Below are positions 38,743-51,938 of a DNA stretch of 64,000 nt, piece after piece; position 1 is the first letter of the stretch; every line of letters starts with the position of its first letter. Under the pieces are notes generated by a model. That model made no database searches. It saw nothing but the letters and a program-made list of their open reading frames with translations, and was not told where the DNA came from. This DNA comes from Utricularia gibba (Eukaryota > Plantae > Magnoliophyta). The position numbers and the translations under genes were made by a program. The stretch spans positions 2,356,001-2,420,000 of the forward strand of contig NEEC01000011.1 in NCBI GenBank assembly GCA_002189035.1, in the 5' to 3' direction.

Positions 38743-41700
38743 TCAGCGGTAGCTTCTGCCCCTTCCGCGTCCTCTCCAAACTCCTCTTCCTCTTCCTCTA
38801 CCTGTACCACTCAAGGCTTCGAATGCTGCTCGATTTATGAGTTGGTTCTGCATGCTACCTCCTCCTCTTCCCTTCTTTATTGCATTTGTGCTGGGCCCGT
38901 TAGGAGCGGATGCAGGTCGTTTTTGCCTGCAATGGCATACGTGTTTTAGAACTGAACTCTGCTATTTCTGGAGAGTGAGTTCCTAAGAGGATGTGATTTT
39001 ACCCGGCTGCAGGGCCCGAAGTTTTGGTTGCCTCTTTCCATGATAACGCAATTTTCTGGTCCCCAATGAACGTAGGAGCTTTTGAGTGCAATGGCTGCAT
39101 CGAGATTATAACTCATGAATAAGGGGGAAGGGGGAAGAAGTAAAAAAAGAGAAGAAACAGCGTATAAGAAACAACAAATCGCTTACGAAAGCAGTCACCT
39201 GAGTCAATGTAAGAATATTATTGCAGGAGCGAAGACCGGCTGTTGCATTTTGCTTCTGTTTCTTCTGCAGTTAAGTAGTGGTGACATGTGAAGCGCATTT
39301 TTTTGACAGAACCAAAGACAGAGCAAGGTTACAAAATTCTCTGATCGAAAATGGAGGTAGAAAGGCACAAGAAGAAGGCGCACAATTGATTCCCTTTCCT
39401 CTTCTGTCTTAGCAGCTTGCATTGCTTTATTGTGCTCAGCCATACCCTGTGTCAATTTTTTAATCATCGCTTTTGCTAATTCCTCTGTGGTTGTCAGCCT
39501 AACACATCCAGAAAATTACAGAAATTAGAAACACAAAGAGACCACAAAGAGCAGTACAGCGCTTAGGCCAATTCCACAGAAGAAAACAGTTTTAAAATAT
39601 AGGAAATGGAAAACACAAGAAAATGTAAGTCTTGAAGCAACCTCTCTGTAAAATCTTTATACAGCTCTGTGAAATCCTCACCAAGCCGATCTGAGGGTTG
39701 CCCAGTGACGATCTTGTATCCACAAAGGCTATTTGTAGCATTAGGGGTCTAAAAGGTTTTAGTATGGAGTATCAGACCGGTGACACAGAGAATTGATTGT
39801 GAAACAAGCTTTATCCCACACACACAAAAAAGAGAAACTTACCTTGTGGGATAAATGGTGAAATGAATATAACAAGCACTCAATGGACGTGAAATTCATT
39901 TCCTCAATCTTTCTTTTAACCATATGTTTCTGGAATAGAAGAGTATTAGAAGCAATATTGACCAAGAAAAAAACTCCAACACACAAGGAAATTACAGCAA
40001 CGTTCAACAATGCATCAATAAATAGATGTAGCATGTTTCCCGCGTATAGACAAAGGTTGCAGAACATAAGCTTTTCAGAGGCCGAACATCGACATATGCA
40101 AGAATGATATCGAGATGAGACTCACGAAAAAAAGGGAAACAGAATGAACCCAGATAAGACTAGAACAGGGGTGAAATTGTAGTAAATTATACCTTTAAGA
40201 GTTGGACAACAGATGGGAGTAGAAATCTTGAATCTTGTGGTTTCGCGTACGAGGAACTCTCAGCGACACTTTTGAGCAAGTCCAATTTTTGTTCTTCAGA
40301 AAGCTGAAGACGCAATGCCTTAGTACCATTAAAAAAGAAAAACTAACCGAAATTCAGAGATCTAGATTTCCAGGAAAAAGTTTCCTTCCAATATCAATGC
40401 GTGATGTCTTAATAACCAATAACAGAACCCAGATAATACATGATGAATGACTGGGATAATGATTATTGCCAAACATTACACTTTCCATGGGAAAAAGAAA
40501 ATAATGCATCCAGGAACTGGCTTATCAATGGTTCTACCTAATGATACCTTTCTACTAGTCTATGTAAACAGATTATCCTATCAACAAAAATAAACTTAGC
40601 CTTTAGGGTACCTTATCAAATACAGGGATAATTTGCTTGCTCAAATAGTTGAAGAACTTGTCGCTTGATGCACCGCTCTGTGATTATAAAAAATCTTCAA
40701 TCAACTGTTAGTTCAAGAATCGAAATTTATCAAGAAGACCCACTTACCGCAATAAAGGGTAAGGCCATCTGCAAGCAAGATACATATCGAGCAATGTGAT
40801 CACCATCGGACACCTGTTGGTAAAAAGGAGATACGTATGCAATTGTTGGTAAAGCGTCTTTCAACTGAATTTCAACCGTAATCGAGAAAACGGCTAGTCC
40901 CAAAAGTACAGGAACATACTCATGAGAGTTTTGGAAAGTGCCAGTAAGCAGAGTATCAAACAAGAAAAAACAGTTAAAGAAACGACCCAAATATGCAGAC
41001 AGAGGTCCAAAACATTAGGGTTGACCAGAAAGTAGAGGACTAGCAACTCACGGGAGAAAACAACATAAAGAAGCTGGATAAAATCCCAATGATATCTAAT
41101 CCTAAGCTTACATTAAATTGAGCATCCAGATCCGCCTGACTCTCAATAATCTCAACGAGTTCTTGAACTCTCTCCACTGGGGCATTAGCCCCAAATAAGC
41201 TTAAGCTCTTTAAAAAGTCTACAAACAATTTGAATTCAACAGCCGTCACATCGCTCAAGTTCTGAAATTTTGTGAGAAACAGGATCAAAACAGAATTTAG
41301 CCTTAACATTTTTGGATGTGTCACTTAAAAATATACGCTGAATACCTGTTTCACGAGATCAGTTATGTGTCTCTCTATTTCATCCTTTGGTTTGAATAGT
41401 TCAGATTTAACGGGAAATACCTAATGTGGTGGTCCACAATCAATTATGGGATTGGAAAGACTCCTCAAAAAAGAAAGAAAAACAAACAGGGAACCAGATA
41501 ATGTCTTTTACCTTGTCCCGGATGAAACAGAGAACCTTCTCACGAACAGTCTCCCATGCACTGGCATCTTCTGCATTTCGGTCAATGAAACTTCCAATAT
41601 GCTTAAATAAGGCTGTTAATGAAGCTGCAATAGAAGAGTAAACAAACTATGAGAGAAATTTGATTAAAAAAAGAAACAAGCAAGTTTGCAAACCCGATTA

Positions 41701-42643
41701 CTGATGAGATTCAACAGAATCTGAAGTAGGAGGTATGGGGATTGACAACACAATTAACATATTCCTGGCTCTTACTCTTGATATCCTGTCGCAATAAAGT
41801 CATTAAGGCTTTATGCACAGCATCACGCTCTACATTATCTCCTGAGATAAATCACCCGACATGAAAATAGATCCACCAATGAAAAATTAGATAAAAAAAA
41901 TGAATGATTACGTTACCTGCAACTAGGAGCTGACCAAGGATATCAACAATTTTTGCCACATTATCAGGTGTATCCTTGCAGAAAAGAGGAAGACCCCGAA
42001 TAGCCTGAACCCGGACCTGAAGAAAACAGATTGCTCATAGGTAAAGTATGCAATGAAAACTGACATCCTGAAACCAAACCGACTAGCAAAACTCTAAAAC
42101 AATGAAACTTCAGAAGTATTTAAAACCATAGAAAGAGGAAGAGAGAGAGAGAGAGAGCATTCAAAACAGCAATCTCATCCTTCCAACCAAATTTCAATGG
42201 GGCGCCCAATGACTAAGTGCATGGACAACCAATGCGTACTACCAGAGAAAGGTAACTGACAGTAGCTCGGGAAAGACCCAAAAGTACTTACACCAAGGTC
42301 CTCATCCTCGCACAAAAAGAAGTGCTGATCAAGAGCTTGCTCCGAAAGGTCAGGGAAATATTTGAAAAACTTGGGTATCATCTGCGCCGCCAGCTGCTTC
42401 GTCTTGACGCTCCCATTTGCAGTAGAAATTATCCCCTCATAGTACTCCCGGCTCTGCCCCCATCCCGGAATTAGAAATCCAAAACCCATAATTTTCATTT
42501 CAAAACCCGCAAAGTTGGGTGGTTCAAAGCAATGAATCCGGAACAAGTAGATCAACCTGAGACTTATCTTGCGCTTCGTCAAGCTTTTCGCAGTACTCGT
42601 AGAGCTTCTCAATATCCCTAGATTCGTCTGCGGCGCCGGCCAT
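38743..42643 (-). CDS. API5: Apoptosis inhibitor 5-like protein
   Basis: MAGAADESRDIEKLYEYCEKLDEAQDK, KQLAAQMIPKFFKYFPDL, VRVQAIRGLPLFCKDTP, ERDAVHKALMTLLRQD. RG-rich last exon GRGRGRGVWRGRGRGRSYR* ends at 38743. Confidence 0.9.
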
Positions 42644-42988
42644 GGCGAACTTCAATTGGGAAACAGAAAGTAGGGGGGTTTAAGCGCTCTTCTCACATTG
42701 GATTGTTTATTTATTTCGAAAAAACAAATTCGAAAATGATATTATAAAAATCAGAAAGTTTGGGAACTATAAATATCCACGAATTCTCTTCCCATAGACG
42801 CTACGTACGTGTTCCTTGGCGGACCGAGAGAACACATGCTACATTCCAAGTGCCGTTCCGCTGAATTGGGGGTTTTGGAGTCCGATGACCTCTGCAAGGT
42901 TTACAGAGGATGCGATTGGCAATTTTTTGGGTGATCTTCTACTGTAATTGGTGATACTTGTTTCGTTATCCGATTGGGATCGACGAGC

Positions 42989-45342
42989 ATGCGGTGGCAG
43001 ACGCGGCGGATTGACCGTGTCGTCCGATTTGCTTTGGGGACGAATTACTCTGTAAATGAGTGTCGGAGGAGTGTAGTTACGAGCTGCAGAGCGGTGATAT
43101 TACCGCGGTTTGGTGGCCCCGAGGTGCTGCAACTCCGTGACAATGTGGCTGTTCCTGATCTGAAGCCTAATGAGGTTCTTGTTCGCGCGTGCGCCGTTTC
43201 TGTCAATCCGCTCGACTGCAGAGTTAGTTCTATTTTGTTTCTTGTGGGTTTTATGGTTAATGAATTGTGGAGGTTTATTGTAAATAAGGTTCTCTCTGGT
43301 TATTCTCTTATCGTGATTGTGCGTGTTGATAAACTTGTATTAGAAAGTCTCAGTTTCTGTGAGGTTATTGCGAAGAGTATTTTGATATTATGCAAGTTGA
43401 TGTACCAGAAGCGCCCTGATAGTTCATTTGAATGATTATCAAAACAATACTCTGATTAGGAGAGAAAGATATATCCATTTGGAGTTCTCTAAGTAGATGC
43501 TTTTTAACCATCTTAAATATTGTAGGCTTATGCTCTAGTTTTTGTTTTAATTGTCGCATCAGATGCGAGCAGGCTATGGTCGTTCATTATTTGAACCACT
43601 TCTACCGGTGATCATTGGACGTGATGTTAGTGGTGAAGTTGCAGCTATTGGAAATGCTGTCCATTCGCTTCATGTTGGCCAGGAAGTGTTTGGTGCTTTG
43701 CACCCTACAGCAATGAGGGGTACATACACTGACCATGCAATTCTTGCAGAAGACCAACTTGCCCCAAAACCTAAATCAATTTCACATGTGGTAGGTGGGG
43801 TGACACACCCATATTTGTAATAAGTTGTTTTTTTTTTCCTAATGTCAGGGCATCAAAAATTATTTCCTTGATCCTCTAAACCCGGTTTTCTTGTGTAACT
43901 ATGGCCACACATTTACATATAGAATTCGTAATGATATTATGTTTAATTCTCTAGGAAGCTAGTGCAGTCCCATTTGCTGCTCTGACTGCTTGGCGTGCAT
44001 TGCGATCCACAGCAAGGATAAAAGAAGGGTACTTTCTTTATATTTATATTACCGATAGGGATGATCTGTCCAATGGTTTTATTGAAAGTTCTCATGGATA
44101 AGAATCAGGATACTGTACTGCCGTTGTGGGGAAGAATAAAAATTCAAGATTGGGTTGCAATTTAAGTGATAGTTTTCAGAAGTTTCATGAATCTTAATTT
44201 CCATTGAATCTGCTTGTCTATGGAAGTCTTTTGGATGTGTGGAGAAAAATGGTTTTTGGATTCATGCAATTTCAGCTGGTTTGAAAATCCATATTTTTCC
44301 CTGGCTATCATAGTTCACCGATACCTTCAAACTACTCATTAATATCATGTGTCACTTAAGCCACGTTCATAATAACTGGGGCACAATCGTACGTGAACCT
44401 CTTATGCATTTACCCTATTTCATTGTGACAGACAAAGGGTGCTAATTGTTGGTGGGGGAGGTGCTGTTGGTTTTTCTGCCGTTCAGCTAGCGGTTGCTGT
44501 TGGATGTCATGTTTCTACCACATGTGGACCTGAGAGCATAGATCGTGTTTTGAATGCTGGAAGTGAACAGGCCGTGGACTTCACTGTTGAGGTAGTGATT
44601 TAATTGGTTCCTAAAATGCTCAATCATGACCCTTCTTACATCCATGAACTTATATTATAGTCGAATATTAGTCTGTATGTAACACACATATCTAGTATCT
44701 CAGGACTATGAATCATCAATAAAGGGGTACTTTGACGCTGTACTGGATACCATCGGTGTGCCAGAGACTGAAAAAATTGGCATCAATGTTTTGAAGGGAG
44801 GGGGATGCTACATGACATTGCAGGTACCAGAAGGCTCTAAACTTCCCAAGTCCTTCGGTTACAATTATCACTGAATATGCTAATACATGTTGTCCACTGC
44901 ATTTTTTCAAGGGAGAGACTGCATCCTTTTCCGATAGATATGGACTGGCGCCTGGACTTGCTACAGCAGCAGCAGTTTTGCTGAAGAAACAAATTCAATA
45001 TCGGTTTTCTCACGGAATAGGTTCGTTATGTATGTACATTCGTTATTCTCCGAAAATTCTCTTGATGTTTCATGCCGTGCCAAAGTAGACATTACTCTTA
45101 CTATTCATTCCTATACCTCTTCTCCAAATGTGGATGTTATGCCACTGCTTTCCATTGCAGAGTATTTCTGGACCTACATGAGGACTGATCCTGAAGGATT
45201 GGAAGAAATTCGACGATTATCGGAAGCCGGGAAGCTGACGATACCGATCGAGAAGACGTTTCCGATTGCAAATGTGTGTGAGGCTCATGAAGCCAAGGAT
45301 AAGAGGATCATCTCCGGCAAAGTTGTCTTAGAAATCGACTAG
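42989..45342 (+). CDS. RTN4IP1: Reticulon-4-interacting protein 1 homologue, mitochondrial (zinc-independent MDR/quinone oxidoreductase)
   Basis: AVILPRFGGPEVLQLR...PNEVLVRACAVSVNPLDCRMRAGYGRSLFEPLLPVIIGRDVSGEV, PFAALTAWRAL, GGGGAVG nucleotide-binding motif, and KLTIPIEKTFP...ISGKVVLEID*. Confidence 0.9.
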
Positions 45343-45759
45343 CACTCAACCCTGTGAGTTAGATACGTTGCTTCCTTTGGGAGAGTGAACTGGACTCTGC
45401 CGTACGCTTTTCCCATGGGAAAATAAAAATAATGATTAATAGAATAAAATTGGATTATTATTTCCCAATTATAATGCGAAAATAATATGTTTTATTGCAA
45501 TAATAAATCGAATTAAATATTATTTTTACAATATTGTAAAATATCAGTCCTTTTTAAGATTAGGAAACCTAACCCCTGAATTCCCGCATCGCCGCTCCTT
45601 CTACCACCGGAAACACCGGTGCGCCACCGGGCTTCTCCTACGGTATCACTTCCATTGCGAAATATAGAAACTGAAGCAAACCTCAGGGAGATCAAACAAA
45701 AACAAAAGGAATGGTTATTGCATCAGTCTGCAGATTTTTCCGTTGAGAAGGCGGCAACG

Positions 45760-45996
45760 ATGGTTGTAGGTTTTCGGGAGGCGGTGGTTTTCCTGATGAT
45801 AGTGATGGCGGCGGCGCGTGTTGGAGCGCAGTACGATGAGGAGGAGCTACTTATGGAGTCCGCGATCGCCTTGGAACAGCTACGGAGAAGCGGTTACCTC
45901 AGCTACGGCGCCATGAGCCGCCGGCATTTGCCTCACAAACAGAGGGGCCAATTCTATCACAAGAAACCGCCGCGGACAATCGTCGCCGGCGTTTGA
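45760..45996 (+). CDS. RALF-like secreted peptide lacking the conserved cysteines
   Basis: Intronless 78-aa ORF: signal peptide, acidic pro-region (QYDEEELLMES), then RRSGYLSYGAMSRRHLPHKQRGQFYHKKPPRTIVAGV*. The YLSY motif and P-x-x-x-RG-x-x-Y pattern align with RALF YISY...PC..RG.SYY. Confidence 0.7.
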   Translation: MVVGFREAVVFLMIVMAAARVGAQYDEEELLMESAIALEQLRRSGYLSYGAMSRRHLPHKQRGQFYHKKPPRTIVAGV

Positions 45997-46333
45997 TCAT
46001 TGATTGACTGTCATCACAATTTACATTATTTAATTTTATTTAAATATTTATAATGCGGTTTTTTTCTGGGAAAATATTTCTAATTGACAGAGGTGTGAGT
46101 TTTTTATTATTTTAGTAGTTTTTTAATTTTTTTAAGCAATTTTGAAAATTTGTGGCCCTAAAATGGAGGCCCGTAGTTTAAAACGTCAATTATCTGGAGC
46201 AAAATCCTCAAGCCACATAAAAAGCATCGGCGGGATCCTCAGGCGGAGCCACGAGTTCTCCTCCAGCCACGCACAAAAACTGCCATCGCGGTGCTGAAAA
46301 CTCGGAACACGATCATCATTCTTGCATTCCTCT

Positions 46334-46992
46334 ATGGCTGCTCCTCTGGAAACGCTTGTACTTCGCCCTTCCGGTGTGCCGTCTGTCGGCCTTGCTCCGG
46401 TAGCCGTATCCGGCTCGATGGGGTTCAGAGGGCTGAATATTATGCCGGCGCCGTCGTCGGCGAAGCTGAGCTTGAGAAAGAGGCGTGGGCGCGGTGGTAG
46501 TAGGATTTTATGTGAGGCGCAGGAAACCACTATTGAAGGTATTTTGTCTGTTGTGAATTACATCGGGTTGGTTTCTGGGCATTGTGTTGTGTTTGAAGTT
46601 TGCATTGGTTCCACTTGTGTTGATGACCGCAAAAGTATACAATTTCAACAACTTTCCTTTGGTTTCTTGAATTTGTAGTGCCGGGTGTTACTGATTCAAC
46701 CTGGAAATCCCTTGTGTTGGAGTCTGATTTGCCTGTTTTGGTTGAGTTTTGGGCGCCATGGTGTGGTCCTTGCCGCATCATCCACCCTGTCATTGATAAT
46801 CTGGCTAAGCAGTATGCTGGTAAGCTCAAATGTTACAAGGTTAACACCGATGTAAGTCCTTCGATCGCAACCCAATACGGTATCAGGAGTATCCCAACTG
46901 TGTTAATATTCGAGAACGGTGAGAAGAAAGATGCCGTCATAGGTGCAGTTCCAGAGTCCACATTAACAACCTGCATAGAAAAGTTTGTGTAG
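46334..46992 (+). CDS. TRXm: Plastid thioredoxin m-type, 2 exons
   Basis: Transit peptide ends [11 protein letters not shown] before the intron; then [46 protein letters not shown]...[26 protein letters not shown]. Confidence 0.94.
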
Positions 46993-47523
46993 AGTTGTAA
47001 TTGTTAACTTGTATTCGGAGTACCATTGTTTACTTGTCGCCCCATAACCGCTACATTCTGAAAAGCGGCTCTGCAGGCCTTTGCAAGTGCTGTGTATAGC
47101 TCTTGATGCTTGATCTATTGCATAAAAGTACCATTGTTTATGCTCCTCTCTATGTCTTGTCCCAAGTCCAAGCAAGAGAAAATATTCGCAGGTTAAGAAA
47201 CCAGATTATAAGACAGAGATTGATGGAAATAATGTTGAGGAATGCATATCACAATGCTAGTCTGAACAGGGTAAATTAAATTGAGTTAAGCAGTTTAGTT
47301 CGGAGAACGATGATGCGGTTGGTATTTTTCAGGTAAAAAATTTTCCGCACGTGGTTTGGTTTCAATGCAAAGGGAGAAACTTTTTATATTTAGAGGTTTT
47401 TTTTTTTGCATATGCTGTGGAAGTGTGCCTGATGTTTCACATGAACCCTAGAAAAAGATGAATTTTTTATTAGAACTCAAAGCAGGCAACTGCTTTATCT
47501 GAAATTCTTGCTCTATCGCACGA

Positions 47524-49062
<1,539 letters not shown>

Positions 49063-49894
49063 TTCGAGCAGTAAGGTACCACTTTGTCTAAAGTTGCGAG
49101 AGAAGATACTTGTGGCATTAGTGTGATATGCATTTTATAGTGTGAAATGGGATGATGTTTTGGATATGTCGATGGATAACATTGCTGGATTCTTCTGGAC
49201 ATCTGGATTTTTGACAACCAATGAGAGCCTGAGGCTCAGATTTCTCCATGGGGGGAGGGCGTGGGCTTGTCAGTAAATCGATGGTCTTTGATAGGTTCCC
49301 ATCAGATGCCGGGCCCATCTACTCAGAGATAATCCTATCTATTTTACATTTTAATGTTTTTATTTTAAAATATAAATATCTCAGATATAATAAAATAATA
49401 TTTATTTACTGGTCGAAAGCATTGTACTAAAATTCGAGTAGAATTTTGCCGTATTTCGCCTTTTTGATCGAGATTTAGGTTTAAATCAAGGTAAATTGTG
49501 TTTAACTTGAATTTGTAGTTAAAATAATGACTGAAATTCCCTCAAAATTATGACCCTCTTATCTTTTTTTAATTTTTACTTTAAATTATATAGAATGGAA
49601 TTAATTTTAAGAGTCTTTATGAATGAATTCAATTTTTCATATTGTTAACTGTTTTATAAAATTATATTTTAGATTTTAATATATTATATATTGTAAAATT
49701 GAATAGGTTAAATTATTGTATAATTTACTGTAATAATATAATTTTTAAAATATATTGAAAAAAAGATTTAATAAATTCAATAATTACGTAAATTAATAAC
49801 ATAATTTGTATTTCTCATATTCTCTAATAATAAAATAAAATTAGAATTCATGTCAAAAATTACGTATGTTTTAATATGTGCAGTAAACAAATTG

Positions 49895-50000
49895 TGGGAA
49901 GGGCGGTTTCCCGATACCGCCCACTCCGACTACCGGACTGACGTCAAGGGTCAGATTCGATGGCAGGAATGGGAGGGATCGGAAAACCCTCGGCTGATGT
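49895..50000 (-). ncRNA. MIR482: Candidate miR482/2118-family precursor, copy A
   Basis: On the minus strand, TTTTCCGATCCCTCCCATTCC (49986-49966) pairs with GGAGTGGGCGGTATCGGGAAA (49927-49907) over ~21 bp with 2 mismatches and 2 G:U pairs. The pyrimidine arm is antisense to GGA ATG GGA GGG ATC GGA AAA (GMGGIGK, NB-ARC P-loop). The strand is inferred from the promoter at ~50180-50260. Confidence 0.72.
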
Positions 50001-50179
50001 GCTCGAGAATACCACTTTTTGTTCCGATTTCCTTTTTGTTGCTTCAACAAAGAATCAGATCCGAAACCGACGCTGAGAGATCGAGATTTTGAAAGACGCG
50101 ATCGACGGCAGAAAGAAAGAGAACTCGTCGCAGATCTGTGATCTGGAAGCGGTTGAGGTGGTGATATGGAGGAATCCAA

Positions 50180-50260
50180 ATGGGCCTTTGGATCCGATTA
50201 AATGGGCTTGTTTTTCTTTAACGGGCCAGCCCAATTGAAGCTTCTTTAAATAAGCCCTCC
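50180..50260. promoter_or_regulatory. Putative bidirectional promoter with site II (TGGGCY/GCCCA) motifs between the two miRNA hairpins
   Basis: ATGGGCC (~50181), ATGGGCT (~50201) and GGGCCAGCCCA (~50223), plus an AT-rich TTTAAATAA at ~50246 followed by a CT-rich leader. No function shown. Confidence 0.45.
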
Positions 50261-50408
50261 GCCTCGTCCATTTTCTTCTGTGATCCTCTTTCGTCGGGTC
50301 GACCTTCTTCTCTTCATGCAGTATGGCTGCTCGCTTTGAGATTGTTTAGGATTAGCGTCGCGATGATCAAATAAGATTTGTTGTTCGATTGGGAGATGAG
50401 GCGAATTT

Positions 50409-50512
50409 GTTCAGCCGTTTCCAATGTCACCCATTCCCACTGTCGGAACGGCGGTTGAAGCTACTCAGGTTGTAGGAGTGGGTGGTGTCTGGGAAAATCA
50501 CGGTGGCTCAAT
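50409..50512 (+). ncRNA. MIR482: Candidate miR482/2118-family precursor, copy B
   Basis: TTTCCAATGTCACCCATTCCCA (50418-50439) pairs with GTAGGAGTGGGTGGTGTCTGGGAAA (50472-50496) with a 1-nt bulge, one mismatch and several G:U pairs. Lower stem TTCAGCC/GGCTCAA. It differs at 3 positions from the tomato/potato miR482a sequence as I remember it (UUUCCAAUUCCACCCAUUCCUA). Confidence 0.72.
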
Positions 50513-50946
50513 CAGTCAGAAAATGAAGCAATGGCGGCGGTAGATTCAGATCCAGCGAAGAGATGGAAGCTTATCGGATTGGCTGAGGTGGGGGTTTTGG
50601 CATCCTTTTGCCGCTCCTCCTCCTCCGACCAGTAAATTTGGCTGTAGGGATCTCTTCTCTCGTTAGATTCTCAGAAAGATGTTCGTTTACAAAATGCAAC
50701 CCTTTCAGTTGGATTCAATGGTATACGAAAACCGCATCTTGCTATTTATCATCCCTGTTTGTCTCGATTTTGAGTCAGGATGGCTTTCGCGAGGCTCTTT
50801 GTTAGCTCGAATTTCAGAAACCATGGCGGATTTACATTCAAAACAAGCAAGTAAAGCACATCAAGTCGACCATGGAGGGTCTCCCCCTGGTAGATCTGAA
50901 CATGAACACTACACATCACATCTTAGAGCAGTAGCGCAGAAGGAGC

Positions 50947-51609
50947 CTAGACTCGGCCGGCGGCAACCCCAGCTTTGGGTTCAGCCCCCGTGCCGTAGGT
51001 CGGGTCCCCGTACCCGGGTCCATATCTGCTACTGAAAACTCCAGAATGGAGGAGGACAACGTACAGCAACTGAGTGAACGCCAGAACTATGACGAACCCT
51101 TCCAGGACTCTCAGATTCCACCCTCTGTACCCTCCTATATTGATCTGCTTGCACGCCAACCTGCAACAAATCATAAAGCATTTCTTTGCTTGTGCACAGG
51201 TTCTTCCAAGGAACTGAAAATGGTGGGTGCGAACCCGAAGGCGAGTGCAGTCACAGCCCACGATAGAATGGCAGTTGATCCAGCAGCTGCGAGGCTGTCG
51301 CTGCGCCACGCTCGGAGATGGCTTCCGCCGGCCACTTTGGACACGATTCCTAGCACCGCCGCGAGTATAGCGAACGTCAGGAAAAACCCGGTCGCCCCGT
51401 TTCCTCCATGTCTGCACAGAAGGAAGGATAGCTAACAAGTACAATAAAAAACACAGTGACTGATGAATGGAGAGAGTGCGTGGGGAACTACTGGGGTGAT
51501 TCGTCTGCCCATTGATGTACTTGTTCAGGCACCAGCTCGCGAAACCGAGCACAATGAAATACATGATGAGGTTCAGAAACAGCAACGGGGCTGCGAATGC
51601 TCTCGCCAT
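50947..51609 (-). CDS. AWPM-19-like (PM19) membrane protein, 3 exons
   Basis: MARAFAAPLLFLNLIMYFIVLGFASWCLNKYINGQTNHPS / GNGATGFFLTFAILAAVLG...LRAWRSDSLAAAGS...WAVTALAFG / LACKQINIGGYRGWNLRVLEGFVIVLAFTQLLYVVLLHSG. Confidence 0.92.
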   Translation of the reverse strand: MARAFAAPLLFLNLIMYFIVLGFASWCLNKYINGQTNHPSSSPRTLSIHQSLCFLLYLLAILPSVQTWRKRGDRVFPDVRYTRGGARNRVQSGRRKPSPSVAQRQPRSCWINCHSIVGCDCTRLRVRTHHFQFLGRTCAQAKKCFMICCRLACKQINIGGYRGWNLRVLEGFVIVLAFTQLLYVVLLHSGVFSSRYGPGYGDPTYGTGAEPKAGVAAGRV

Positions 51610-51694
51610 TTTTTTGCAGAACGGAGCTCGTGGAAAACCCAGAAGGCACTGCCGAGAAGCTTGGCGTGTGCAGCATAAATAACAGAATGGGGAA

Positions 51695-51830
51695 ACACCA
51701 CGTGTCCGTTTCGCAGCCTGTGAAGGTTGCACGCGTCGGACACCCGTCCCGCAGCTTCACTTTTTCATGCGAGAAAAAAAAGCCGTCACAGCCATTGATC
51801 CATCGCCGGGACGCCGACACGTGGACACGG
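51695..51830 (-). promoter_or_regulatory. ABRE/G-box cluster upstream of the AWPM-19 gene
   Basis: CACGTGTC at 51699-51706 and CACGTGG at 51818-51824, with a TATA-like TATTTATG on the minus strand at ~51675. AWPM-19 genes are known to be ABA-induced. Confidence 0.55.
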
Positions 51831-51938
51831 CCGGAAAAAACACTTCAACCCACGAATAAAAAAAAATCAGTCATCCCAATGGTTACCAACAGCAGGAATG
51901 CTACTGCTCCTATTCGCCTGGCAGTTTTTCACTCAGTT

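Noticed and set aside
49871-50179. 102-aa minus-strand ORF containing VVGVGGIGKPP, resembling an NB-ARC P-loop
   Set aside because: No other NB-ARC motifs (kinase-2, GLPL, MHD) are present. The resemblance is explained by the star arm of the miR482-like hairpin.
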